64,000 bases of DNA from an uncultured delta proteobacterium (GTDB lineage: Bacteria > Myxococcota_A > Polyangia > Haliangiales > Haliangiaceae). Below are positions 29,681-39,710 of this stretch, one piece after another. The position numbers and the translations under genes were made by a program. Positions within the stretch are counted from its first letter, which is position 1. Each line of letters begins with the position of its first letter. Under the pieces are notes generated by a model, which was given only the letters and a program-made list of their open reading frames with translations, had not been told where the DNA came from and ran no database searches. The DNA is taken from assembly GCA_963848295.1 (NCBI GenBank), contig CAWKDB010000011.1, positions 416,001 to 480,000 of the forward strand. The letters are read 5' to 3'.

Positions 29681-30826
29681 TTACCGCCGAGTCGGCAAGA
29701 CCACGAACTCGAGGTCCTTGTCGAGAACGCACCGCATCGCGTCGTCCTCTCCGACCTTCTCGAACACACAAGGCGCCTCGTCCTTCGCGGTCGCCTTCGC
29801 GCCGCGGGTCGGCAACGTCAAGATGATCTCGTCGCCGTCCACTCGCCACGTGCCCTTGAACGGCAGGTCCGACGCCTGGCCCTCGCAGCTCATCTTGACG
29901 TGCAGCTTGAACGCGCGATCGCGACTCAGCACGAGCCTGACCTCGGCGCGATCGCAGCTCGTGCCGGTCTGCTCCCATTGCCCACCGAAGCCCATCACGC
30001 GTTCGTAGGTCGATCGCGGCTTGCGATCGAGACCGACCGCGGCCCGAAACTTCGGATCGGCGCGCAGCGCGGCGAACGCGGCATCGAACCGCGCTTCGAC
30101 GAGCCAATCGATCGCATCGCTGCGGTTCGTGCCGGACAGCCGCTCGAGCTCGGCGAGCGCGTCGCGCGGCTGCCTCGGCGCGACCATCGCGGCGACGTGA
30201 AACAGCGCCTCGCTGTGATCGCTGTCGAGCGCGAGCACCGCTCGCCACGCGGAGAGCTGGTGCGCCCGCGCAGCTGCTCGAGCGTCCGCGACCTTCTTGG
30301 CGACCTCGGGCGAATCCGTGTGATCACTCGTCGGCGTGGTCGCGGGGGTCTGGATCGGCGCGGTGACGGCCGGCTTCGCGGTCGCGACGTCGAACGCGAC
30401 CACCTCGGTGAGCTCGCGCCCCAACCGCCGCACGGTGTACGCGACCGCGACGCGATCGGCGTACTGGCTGGCGTAGACGTCGACGACCTTGCCGATCGGA
30501 TCGACGGCCTTCCACGTCGCGACCGGAGCGCCGCTGTCGCCGGTGACGGTCAAGGTCGCCTCGCTCGCGGTTGCCGCGAACTGCGCCTTGTCGCCGCGCT
30601 GGACGATCGGCGCCTTGAAGTCGAGCTTCGCGAGCTCGTCGGTCGGGGCCTTGCGGCAGGTCGGCGCGCCGGTCGCCGTACCGTCGGGCTTGACCGCGAG
30701 CGGCGTGCACACCCGATCCTGGTTGACCAGGTAGGCTCGGTCGATTCCGGAGAATCCGCCGAACGTGTCGGCGAGCGCCGGCGGGGCGGCCAGGCCGACG
30801 AGCGCGAGCACCAGCGCGATCCGCAT
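29681..30826 (-). CDS. Hypothetical exported protein with TPR-like middle region
   Basis: Signal peptide MRIALVLALVGLAAPPALA; ALDSDHSEALF, ARFDAAFAALRADPKF. Confidence 0.75.
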   Translation of the reverse strand: MRIALVLALVGLAAPPALADTFGGFSGIDRAYLVNQDRVCTPLAVKPDGTATGAPTCRKAPTDELAKLDFKAPIVQRGDKAQFAATASEATLTVTGDSGAPVATWKAVDPIGKVVDVYASQYADRVAVAYTVRRLGRELTEVVAFDVATAKPAVTAPIQTPATTPTSDHTDSPEVAKKVADARAAARAHQLSAWRAVLALDSDHSEALFHVAAMVAPRQPRDALAELERLSGTNRSDAIDWLVEARFDAAFAALRADPKFRAAVGLDRKPRSTYERVMGFGGQWEQTGTSCDRAEVRLVLSRDRAFKLHVKMSCEGQASDLPFKGTWRVDGDEIILTLPTRGAKATAKDEAPCVFEKVGEDDAMRCVLDKDLEFVVLPTRR

Positions 30827-30887
30827 CCTCAGGTGATAGCTCAGCGGCGCGCGCGCTGCACGGCTCATCGCCCCGCCGGCGTCCAAG

Positions 30888-32004
30888 ATGCGCTACCTTG
30901 TGCTCGTGCGGTCCGTCCTCACCCGAGCCAGTGCTGCGCTCGACCGCGGCGTGGTCCGGTTCATCGAGCGCCGGATGGCGCCGCGCACGCCCGCCAGCCA
31001 GCGGCTGACCGAGGCCGACTCGCGCGGCAAGCTGATCGAGCTGGCCGCGGCGTACAACCACGACACCCGCGAGCTACCGAGCCGGTTCTTCCCGACCCCG
31101 GCCCTGCCGCAACCGGTGCTCGATCCGCAAGGCGACGGCCCGCTCGGCACGCAGGTCGTCGACCTCAGCTTTCGCTCCGACTACGTGCCGTTCTTGCCGC
31201 TCGCGCGCGACGCGTACTCCGCGGTCGCCGAAAATCAGAACGCGCATATCCGATGGTGGACCAGTGATCGCGGCCGCCCGACGATCGTGATGTTGCACGG
31301 CTGGGGCGGTGGCAACCATCGCGTGACCGCCGCGAGCTTCGTCGTGCCGTACTGGCTGCGCCACGGGTTCGACGTCGCCGCGTTCCAGCTGCCGTTTCAC
31401 GGCGCGCGCGCGCCGTCGGGCTCCGCGCCGCTGTCGCCGCTGTGGCCGAGCCCGAATCCACTGCGCACGAACGAAGGCTTCGGTCACGCGATCTATGACC
31501 TGCGCGCGCTCGCGCTGTGGCTGCGGTCGCGCGGCACGTCCGCGGTCGGCGTGATGGGCATGAGCCTCGGCGGTTACACGACCGCGCTGTGGGCGAGCGT
31601 CGCGGGCCCGAGCGATCCGGGCGGGGTCGACTTCGCGGTCGCGATGATCCCGGCGGTGTCGATGGCGCGCCTGTTCTGGCGTCACGGCGAGAGCAACCCG
31701 ATGCGCCGGCGCGCGCTCAAGGCCGGGATCACCGAGGAGCTGCTCGCCGATGCGTTCGCGGTCCACTCGCCGCTCGCCGCGCCCGCCGCGGATCGATCGC
31801 GACCGCCGGTTCGTCGTCGCCGGCCGAGGCGATCGGATCACGCCGCCCGATCAAGCCGAGGAGCTCGCGGCGCACTGGCAGACCGAGATCGAATGGTTCG
31901 ACGGCGGTCACCTCGCGCAGGTCGGCCGCGGCGATGCGCTGCGCGCGATCCGGCGCAAGCTCGCGACGCTCGATCTCCCGGGCCGCGCATTTCGTCCGTC
32001 ATGA
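30888..32004 (+). CDS. Alpha/beta hydrolase, interrupted by one +1 frameshift near 31778
   Basis: MLHGWGGG, GMSLGG nucleophile elbow; Asp (GDRITPP) and His (FDGGHL) continue in the shifted frame. Confidence 0.85.
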
Positions 32005-33915
32005 CGCTCCGGCCACTCGCCGACGCGATCGCCGCCGGGCCGCTCCTGATCGACGGAGCGATGGGCTCGCTGTTGTACGAGCGCGGCGTGCTCCACACCC
32101 GGAGCTACGACGAGCTCAACCTCGCCCAGCCCGAGCTGATCCGCACCGTGCACCGCGACTACGTTCAGGCCGGCGCGGAGATCATCGAGACCAATACGTT
32201 CGGCGCGAATCGGCTCGCGCTCGCCCGCCACGGCCTGGTCGAGCAGGCCGCGCAGATCAATCGCGCCGCGGTCGAGCTCGCGCGCTCGGCGGCCGGCGAA
32301 CGCGCGTACGTCGCCGGCGCGGTCGGCCCGAGCGGCATCAAGTTCCACATCGCGACCGCGTCCGAACGCAAGCTCGCGCGGTTCGCGCTCGCCGAGCAGA
32401 TCGATACGCTCGTGCTCGCCGGCGTCGACGCGATCTTCCTCGAGACGTTCACCTCGATCCTCGAGATGGAGGTCGCGATCGACGTCGCGAAAGAGCGCGG
32501 CCCGAGGGTGCCGGTCGTCGCGATGATGGTGTTCGACGCGCAAGCGCGCAGCGACGGTGGCCTGGGCCCCGCCGAGATCGCGGATCGCCTGATCGCGGCG
32601 GGCGCCGACGTCGTCGGCGGCAACTGCGGCATCGGCCCGGCCGAGCTCTATCAGGTCACGACCTCGATGGTCGGACGCGGCCGGCCCGTGATCGCGCAGC
32701 CGAACGCAGGGCTGCCCGCGTCGGTCGAGGGCCGCACGCTGTACGTCGCGAACCCCGAGCACTTCGGCGTGTTCGCGCGCCGGATGTTGAAGAGCGGCGT
32801 CCGGCTCGTCGGCGGTTGCTGCGGGACGACTCCCGAGCACACGCGCGCGATGCTCGGCGCGGTCCGCATGCTGCGCGGCGAAAAGATCGAAGAGCGCACG
32901 CGCCCGGCGAGCATTTCGATCACGACCGCGCCCGTTGCGGCGCCGATCGCCAAGACCGCCGCTCGCGTCGCGCAGTCGGCTCGGCGCGCGGATCGCGAGC
33001 GGCGAGTTCGCGGTGTCGGTCGAGCTCACCGCGCCGACCGGCCTCGACCTCGACAAGACCAAGCAGCAGGTCGAGCTGCTGCTCGCCGGCGGCATCGATA
33101 TCGTCAACATCGCCGACGGCCCGCGCGCGTCGGCGCGGATGGCGAACATCGCCGTGTGCGCGCGGCTCGCCGCCGAGACCAAGGTCGAGCCGATCCTCCA
33201 CGTGTGCGCGCGCGACCGCAGCTTCCTGGGGCTGGTCGCGCACCTGCTCGGCGCGCAGCGCGCTCGGCCTCCGCGACCTCGTGATCATCACCGGCGATCC
33301 GCCGAAGATGGGCGACTATCCGTTCTCGACGCCGGTCTACGACGTCGATTCGGTGGGCCTACTGCGCATCGCCGCGGGGCTCAACGCCGGCGTCGATCCG
33401 GCCGGCAAGGAATGCGAGCCGACGTCGTTCGTGCTCGCGACTGGCGCCGAGCCCGCCGCGCACGATCGCGAGCGCGAGCTGCGCCGGCTCGAGGACAAGA
33501 AGGCCGCGGGCGCCGAGCTCGTGATGACCCAGCCGGTCTACGATCCCGCGCACGCTCGAGCGATTCCTCGACGACTGCAAGTCGATCGGCCTGCCGATCA
33601 TGGTCGGCATCCTGCCGCTCGCGTCGCACCGCAACGCCGAGTTCTTGAACTCCGAGGTGCCCGGCATGACCATCCCCGGGGAGTATCGCGAGCGGATGGC
33701 GAAGGTCGGCTCCGGGCCGGCCGCGCGCGCCGAGGGCATCGCGATCGCCCGCGAGGCGCTCGCGCTCGGTGAAGGATCGCGTCGCGGGCGCGTACGTGAT
33801 GCCGCCGTTCAATCGCGTCGACGCCGCGCTCGCCGTGCTCGAGGTCGCGCGCGATCGAATGACTACGACCGATGCGCCGCGGACCACACCCGCTCGCACG
33901 GTAGATCGCGCCTGA
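32001..33915 (+). CDS. yitJ: Bifunctional homocysteine S-methyltransferase / methylenetetrahydrofolate reductase, interrupted by four +1 frameshifts
   Basis: DGAMGSLLY, ETNTFGAN, GGNCG, GGCCGTTPEH; then SVELTAP, NIADGPRA, ITGDPPKMGDYP, MTQPVYD, SEVPGMTIP, YVMPPFNR in successive frames. Confidence 0.88.
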
Positions 33916-34237
33916 CCTCGACCGGCGGCTCGATGATCGCCGGCCACGGCTCGATCACGTGCTGCTCGGTCACGTACAACGCGTTGAGCGAGTGAAACCA
34001 GTAGTCCTCGCGACAGGTCGGCTTCCCGGCCGGCGCCTCGTCGGTATTGCAGGCGTAGAGCGTGCGGTCGTCGATGGTGTAGCAGCCCTGGCCGAGGTAA
34101 TCGACGCGCTCGAGCTTGACCGCGGGATGGCTCGCGCGAAACTCGGCGACGACCTGGTCCTGTGCGTCTCCGAGCGAGCCGCGAACACCGGGCCACGCGC
34201 ATCCGGCGACGACCACTGCGACCCACACGCGCTGCAT
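33863..34237 (-). CDS. Hypothetical lipoprotein
   Basis: MQRVWVAVVVAGC lipobox; fills the gap. Confidence 0.55.
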   Translation of the reverse strand: MQRVWVAVVVAGCAWPGVRGSLGDAQDQVVAEFRASHPAVKLERVDYLGQGCYTIDDRTLYACNTDEAPAGKPTCREDYWFHSLNALYVTEQHVIEPWPAIIEPPVEVRRDLPCERVWSAAHRS

Positions 34238-34361
34238 CGCCGCAGCATCGCGCGAACCGGGCTTCACCACCGCTAACACACGTTTGCAGCCGTGCGAGTC
34301 CGTGCGTCGGTGCGACGTCCATTCCTGCGCGGCCGGCGCTCGCCAGTGCTAGGGTCCCGCC

Positions 34362-35384
34362 ATGTCCCTGACGCTCGACGAAGCGCGCGCGCTGCACGAC
34401 GAGATCTGCGTGCTGGATCTGCACGCGGACACCGCGAAGCTGATGGACAAGCTCGGCTACGACGTCACCGCTCGCCACGAGCGGCCGATGCCGAAGGTCG
34501 CGAACGTGTTCGGCCACCTCGATCTGCCGCGGATGCGCGACGGCGGCATGGCCGGCCAGTTCTTCAGCTTCTGGACGTCGCCGTATCCCGAGCGCGGCTG
34601 CACCCGCTCGGTCGAGCGCCAGCTCGACGCGCTCGACCACGCGATGGACAAGCATCCCGGCGAGCTCGCATGGACGCGCACCGGCGCCGATGTGCTGACC
34701 GCGAAGACCCGCGGTCAGGTCGCCGCGCTCGGTGGCATCGAGGGGGGGCAAGCGCTCGAGGGCAAGCTCGACGTGATCGAGCCGTTCTCGCGCCGCGGCG
34801 TCCGCTACCTCGGCCTACTCCACTTCTCGGCGAACGCGCTCGGCAAGCCCGCGAAGGGCCGCGGCGCCGATCCGCTGGGCGGGCTCACCGCATTCGGTCG
34901 CGACGTCGTCCGCGAATGCGAGCGCTGCGGGGTGATCGTCGACCTCGCGCACATCAACCGCAAGGGCTTCTTCGACGTGCTCGAGGTCGCGACGCTACCG
35001 GTGATGGTCTCCCACACCGGCGTGCTCGGCGTGCACGATCATTGGCGCAACATCGACGACGAACAGATCCGCAAGGTCGCCGATGGCGGCGGCTGCGTCG
35101 GCGTGATCTACGCGCGGCGCTACCTCGGCGGCGCGTCGATCGAGTCGGTCGTCGATCACATCGCGCACATCATCGACGTCGCGGGCGAGGATGCCCCCGC
35201 ACTCGGCAGCGACTTCGATGGGTTCGTCGTGCCCCCGGAGGGGCTCGAGGACGTCGCCGCGCTGCCAAACCTCACGGTCGCACTCAGCAAGCGCCTGCCG
35301 ATCCGCGCGGTCGAGAAGGTGCTCGGTCGCAACGTCATGCGCGTGCTCGACGCGGTGCCGGCCTGGGGCAAGCTCGCGGCATGA
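34362..35384 (+). CDS. Membrane dipeptidase (peptidase M19)
   Basis: DLHADT, GIEG, VDLAH, SHTG, RNIDDEQ, LGSDFDG. Confidence 0.93.
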   Translation: MSLTLDEARALHDEICVLDLHADTAKLMDKLGYDVTARHERPMPKVANVFGHLDLPRMRDGGMAGQFFSFWTSPYPERGCTRSVERQLDALDHAMDKHPGELAWTRTGADVLTAKTRGQVAALGGIEGGQALEGKLDVIEPFSRRGVRYLGLLHFSANALGKPAKGRGADPLGGLTAFGRDVVRECERCGVIVDLAHINRKGFFDVLEVATLPVMVSHTGVLGVHDHWRNIDDEQIRKVADGGGCVGVIYARRYLGGASIESVVDHIAHIIDVAGEDAPALGSDFDGFVVPPEGLEDVAALPNLTVALSKRLPIRAVEKVLGRNVMRVLDAVPAWGKLAA

Positions 35385-36481
35385 AGCGCGCGCGGGTTGC
35401 GCTCGTGGCGGTCGTCGCGCTCGGGGGCTGCCCGAAGCACGACCAAGCGCACACCGAGCCGACGACGAAGCACGACGCGCTCGGCAGCGCGGGTGGACTG
35501 AACGGACCGCGCGATGCGGCGGAGCCCGAGCTGCCGCCGCTCGCCGAGGCGGTGATGCCGCGCTCCGCGCTCGGCCTGCCGCTCCAGCCGATCAACCCGC
35601 TGCTCGCGAACTACGTCGCATTCGGCGAAGTGCTGTTCGGCGATACGCTGCTGTCGAGCGATGGCAAGACGTCATGCGCGACGTGCCACGATCCCGACCA
35701 CGGGTTCGCCGGCACCGGCCGGCAGGTCACCGCGAGCGGCCAGCCGAACCTGCGCGCGGCTCAAGCGCTGGTCAACCTGTCGTATGCGATCGCGTTCGGC
35801 TGGGACGGCCGCTCGACCTCGCTCGTCGAGTTCATGCCCGCGCACTTCAAGGGCCAGCTCGGCAACGCGATGGAAGAGGTCGTGGTTCGACTGCGCGGGG
35901 TCCCGCTCTACCGCGCCCACCTCGCCCGGCTGACCGACCAGTTCACGCCGAAGCCCGGAGAACCGGCGCTCGCGACGCCACCGCGCGTCGCACCGGACCA
36001 GCTCGCGCTCGATGCACTCGCGATGTACGCGATGTTTCTCTACAACGGCAACTCGCCGTGGGATCTCGCCGAGCAAGCCGGCACGGTCACGCCCGAGCTG
36101 CGCGCCGGCCACGCGCTGTTCGTCGACAAGGCGCAGTGCGCGGGCTGCCATCCGCCGCCGCTCTACACCGACAATCGCTTCCATCGGCTCGGCTTGATCG
36201 CGTCGCACGACGAAGGCCGCGGTCGCGTCGATCCGGCGCAGACCGGCGCGTTCGCGACACCGACGTTACGCGGTGCTGCGGCGCGCTCGACGTTCTTTCA
36301 CGACGCGAGCGCCAGGTCGCTCGACGCCGCGATCGATTGGCACCTCGCCGGCGGCATCGGCCAGGGCGCCGATCCGAGCATCATCGATCCGGCGCTGCAC
36401 GAGGTCGCGCTGACCCCGGTCGAGCGCGCACAGCTCGGCGCGTTCGTCCGAGCGCTCACCCCGGTCGGCGAGGCGCACTAG
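35381..36481 (+). CDS. Di-heme cytochrome c peroxidase / MauG family lipoprotein
   Basis: SCATCH and CAGCH heme motifs, WDGR, FATPTLR, FFHD. Confidence 0.88.
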   Translation: MKRARVALVAVVALGGCPKHDQAHTEPTTKHDALGSAGGLNGPRDAAEPELPPLAEAVMPRSALGLPLQPINPLLANYVAFGEVLFGDTLLSSDGKTSCATCHDPDHGFAGTGRQVTASGQPNLRAAQALVNLSYAIAFGWDGRSTSLVEFMPAHFKGQLGNAMEEVVVRLRGVPLYRAHLARLTDQFTPKPGEPALATPPRVAPDQLALDALAMYAMFLYNGNSPWDLAEQAGTVTPELRAGHALFVDKAQCAGCHPPPLYTDNRFHRLGLIASHDEGRGRVDPAQTGAFATPTLRGAAARSTFFHDASARSLDAAIDWHLAGGIGQGADPSIIDPALHEVALTPVERAQLGAFVRALTPVGEAH

Positions 36482-36934
36482 ATGTGGTGGAAGCGCGTCC
36501 GTTACGTCCTCGCGCTCACCGCGCTGTGCGCGATCGCGACCTGCCCCGCCGCGAAGCGCGCGTGCGTCGCCGAGCGTCGCGCGCAGGAGGCTGATGATCT
36601 GCTCGACTACCTCGGCGATCGCGTCGCCGAGACCGTGCAGCTCACCGGCAAGGTGCCGCCGCTCGCCGCGGGCCCATCGCCGCAGACGTCGTGCTGCGAC
36701 CAAGGCGGCGCGTGTAGCCCCGACGCGTCGACCTTCGCGACGCCCGCGTGGCGCGCGCTGCGGTTCTCGATCGACAATGACTATCGCTACACCTATTCGT
36801 ATGCGCCGGATCCGGATGGCAGCTCGGCGGTGCTGCGGGCGACCGGGGATCTCGATTGCGACGGCACGCCCGCGCACGTCGAATTACGGATCACGGTGAA
36901 CGGCACCCAGGTCGAACGAACCTGGACGCGGTGA
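36482..36934 (+). CDS. Pilin-like globular domain protein
   Basis: WRALRFSID..YRYTY...ATGDLDCDG resembles myxobacterial pilin heads. Confidence 0.65.
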   Translation: MWWKRVRYVLALTALCAIATCPAAKRACVAERRAQEADDLLDYLGDRVAETVQLTGKVPPLAAGPSPQTSCCDQGGACSPDASTFATPAWRALRFSIDNDYRYTYSYAPDPDGSSAVLRATGDLDCDGTPAHVELRITVNGTQVERTWTR

Positions 36935-36946
36935 TAGATTCACCGC

Positions 36947-37372
36947 ATGCGTCGCATGCTGTTGATCTCGCTGCTCGCCGTTGGCTTCACCGCGTGCGGT
37001 AAAAACAACCAACCACCACCGCCGACCAGCGGCATCCCGGGGGCGCAACCCGAGTCCGGCCCGCGCCACAAGCGCTCCGGCGCCGCGATCGCGGCCGATC
37101 TGTTCTCGAGCTCGTGCGCCCTGTGCCACGGCGCGACCGGCCACGGCGACGGCCAGATGGCCGCCAACCTCGATCCGAAGCCGCGCAACTACTCCGACCC
37201 CGCGTGGCAAGCGTCGGTGACCGACGACGACATCAAGAAGATCATCCTCGAGGGCGGCGCCGCGGTCGGCAAGAGCAAGATGATGCCGGGTCAGCCGTCG
37301 CTCGCGAAGGAGCCCGACGTGCTCGACGGCTTGGTCAAGATCATCCGCGGCTTCGCCAAGCCGGCGCAGTGA
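36947..37372 (+). CDS. Monoheme cytochrome c lipoprotein
   Basis: Lipobox FTAC; CALCHGATGHGDG, PKPRNY, MMP. Confidence 0.92.
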   Translation: MRRMLLISLLAVGFTACGKNNQPPPPTSGIPGAQPESGPRHKRSGAAIAADLFSSSCALCHGATGHGDGQMAANLDPKPRNYSDPAWQASVTDDDIKKIILEGGAAVGKSKMMPGQPSLAKEPDVLDGLVKIIRGFAKPAQ

Positions 37373-38967
37373 CCCGCGCGATCGTCACGAGCCCGGACGG
37401 CCAGTGGGCTGCCGTGCGCCGGGATCGCGTGATCGCGTTGCACGCGGCTGGCGCTGGCCCGGCGGTCGGTCGGCTCGAGCTGACGAGCGATGACGCCGAG
37501 CTCGCGATGGTCGGCCCGCCGAACGTGCTCGCCGTCCTCACCCGCGCGGCCGACAAGGCGACGCTCACGCTGCACGAACCGCCGTTCCTCGAGGAGGTCG
37601 CGAGCCTGGAGCTCGAGCGCGCGGCGCGGCTCGTCGCGGTGACCGGCACGCGGCTCGCGATCGCGCCGCCTCACGCGACCGCGGTGAAGATCGTGCGGGC
37701 GGCCGGGCGCACCATCGCCTCGCAGGTGCTCGAGCTGGGCTCGACGTTCGAGCTCGCGGTCGGCCTCGACAAGAACCAGGTGTTGTTCTCGCTGCCGCGC
37801 AAGCTCGAGGTGTGGGACGCGGTGTTCGGTCGACCGCTGTTGCGACCGCAGCTGCAACTGCCACCGCCGCCGCGTACGATCGGCGCCGCGGCCGGTCATC
37901 TGTGGGCGGCCCGCCCGGGCAGCGATGAGGTGTTCGTCTATCGCTTGTCGGATGGGCGACCGTTCCGTCACCTCGCCGGCTCTCCGGTCGAGGACGTGAT
38001 CAGTCATCCAGCGTCGCCGGTGGTCGTGCTCGTCACGGCGCGCGGCCTCGTCCGCCTGCAGTGCTACGCCCACAGCCTTCAGCGGCTCGACGACGCCCCG
38101 TGGCGCCCGGGCACGGCGCTCGCACAGCTCGTGGTCGGCGACGACACCAGCCTGCTCGGCATCGCGGCGGACGATGTCGACGGCGAGCCCTGGCGACTCG
38201 CGATCCGCGGGGTCGGCGCGCCCGCAACGGCCGAGCTCGCCGAGGCGGTCCCCGCGGTCAGCGAGCCGACCGGAGCGGACAAGCTGGACGCGATGCGCAG
38301 CCGCGGGACCAGCGCACCGGCGCGCGCGATCTGGCGCGAGGCTCTCGTCGGGTACGGCCAGGAGCTCGCGCGGGCCGGCGGTGGCGCGAGCACGCACCTC
38401 GGCGCGAACGATGTCCCGCTCGTGGCGGTCGACACCGAGCTCGGCCAGCTATCCGAGCGGCTCACGCTCGGGGCTGCCGGGCGGCGCGCGTTGCTCGCGT
38501 TATACGCGTCGTACCTCGTTGGGGAGCCGCGGCTGACGATCGCGAAGCTGGCGCGCGTGGCCAGCGACTGGGCGGAGCCGCTCGGCCAAGGCGAGCTCGC
38601 CACCCACGCGCTGATCGAGCGCGACGGGGGCTGGGTCGCGCTGCACCGGGCGGTCTCGAACCTGCTCGATGGTGCGGCGCCACGCGCGATCCGGATCGTC
38701 GGCGGCGCACCGACCACGCCGCGCGCCGGACTGTTCCGCGTCGCGCGCGACGCCGCGAGCGAACCACAGCTCGTGAGTCAGCTCGGGCGGATCGCAGTGA
38801 TCGACGGTGACCTCGAGACCGCGATCGTCGAAGCGCGAATCCACGGCGCCACGGCGGTCGCGCTCGATCCCCCGGCGCGAGCACCGCACCTGCCTGCCGG
38901 CGCCGGCCTCGTCATCGTCGCCGATGGCGACCTGCCCCGCTGGCTCGCCGCCGTGCCGCCGCTATAG
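37369..38967 (+). CDS. Hypothetical protein (beta-propeller-like N-terminus)
   Basis: GTG start overlaps the upstream TGA; beta-rich N-terminal half, helical C-terminal half. Confidence 0.7.
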   Translation: MTRAIVTSPDGQWAAVRRDRVIALHAAGAGPAVGRLELTSDDAELAMVGPPNVLAVLTRAADKATLTLHEPPFLEEVASLELERAARLVAVTGTRLAIAPPHATAVKIVRAAGRTIASQVLELGSTFELAVGLDKNQVLFSLPRKLEVWDAVFGRPLLRPQLQLPPPPRTIGAAAGHLWAARPGSDEVFVYRLSDGRPFRHLAGSPVEDVISHPASPVVVLVTARGLVRLQCYAHSLQRLDDAPWRPGTALAQLVVGDDTSLLGIAADDVDGEPWRLAIRGVGAPATAELAEAVPAVSEPTGADKLDAMRSRGTSAPARAIWREALVGYGQELARAGGGASTHLGANDVPLVAVDTELGQLSERLTLGAAGRRALLALYASYLVGEPRLTIAKLARVASDWAEPLGQGELATHALIERDGGWVALHRAVSNLLDGAAPRAIRIVGGAPTTPRAGLFRVARDAASEPQLVSQLGRIAVIDGDLETAIVEARIHGATAVALDPPARAPHLPAGAGLVIVADGDLPRWLAAVPPL

Positions 38968-39666
38968 CTTGGTCACGACCGCGGACTTGTTCGTCGCCTT
39001 CTCGAGCTCCGTCTTCGCGTCGTTCGCCGCGTCGAGCGTGCGGTACGAGCCGACTCGGATCCGATAGTACTGCTTGCCGTCGACTTCGCCTGGCGTCACG
39101 TACGCCTGTACCCCGCCGGCGTTGACCGATGACAAGAACGCTTCGGCCTCGCTCTTGTCCTGGAACGACGACAGCTGGAGCGTGAACTTGCCCTTCGGCT
39201 TGTCGGCTTTGTCGGCTTTGTCGGCTTTGTCGGCTTTGTCGGCTTTGTCGGCTTTGTCGGCTTTGTCGGCTGGCTTGTCCGCCACCTTGTCGGCTGGCTT
39301 GTCGGTCGGCTTGTCCGCCGCCTTGTCCGGCGCCGGCTTACTCTGCTTGTCCGGCTTGGCGACCGCCCGCGCCTTCTCGAGCTCGGCGATCGTCTTCTCG
39401 ACGTCGCCGCCGTTCGCGTCCGCGCCGGTCAGCGCGCCGCGAAACGACAGCCCACCGTTGCCCTCGAGTCGATCGAGCGCGGTCAGCGGATCGACGGTGG
39501 CTCGAGTCTGGGCGCGATCGAGGTGGCCGCGCGCCTCGACCCGCCGGCCGACCATCACCCCGAGCACGAATACCAGGCCGACGATCACGGAGCCGCCGAA
39601 GAACAAATAGAAGATCTGGCGACCGTCGAGACTGACCTCGATCTTGTCCTTGTACGCCTCGGTCAT
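38962..39666 (-). CDS. SPOR domain protein (FtsN/DedD-like)
   Basis: TM helix, (ADK)n linker from a 9-bp tandem repeat, FTLQLSSF...YYRIRVGSY. Confidence 0.9.
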   Translation of the reverse strand: MTEAYKDKIEVSLDGRQIFYLFFGGSVIVGLVFVLGVMVGRRVEARGHLDRAQTRATVDPLTALDRLEGNGGLSFRGALTGADANGGDVEKTIAELEKARAVAKPDKQSKPAPDKAADKPTDKPADKVADKPADKADKADKADKADKADKADKADKPKGKFTLQLSSFQDKSEAEAFLSSVNAGGVQAYVTPGEVDGKQYYRIRVGSYRTLDAANDAKTELEKATNKSAVVTKL

Positions 39667-39710
39667 GCCTCCACCGTCCGTGCTTGCGGACCGCAGGGCA
39701 ATTTTTTTGC

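Noticed and set aside
30888..33284. Novel hydrolase-methyltransferase fusion (798-aa ORF)
   Set aside because: Artefact of a +1 insertion; the hydrolase's Asp/His C-terminus is in another frame and yitJ has its own ATG at 32001.
39199..39272. 9-bp tandem repeat as a separate element
   Set aside because: It simply encodes the (ADK)n linker of the SPOR protein.
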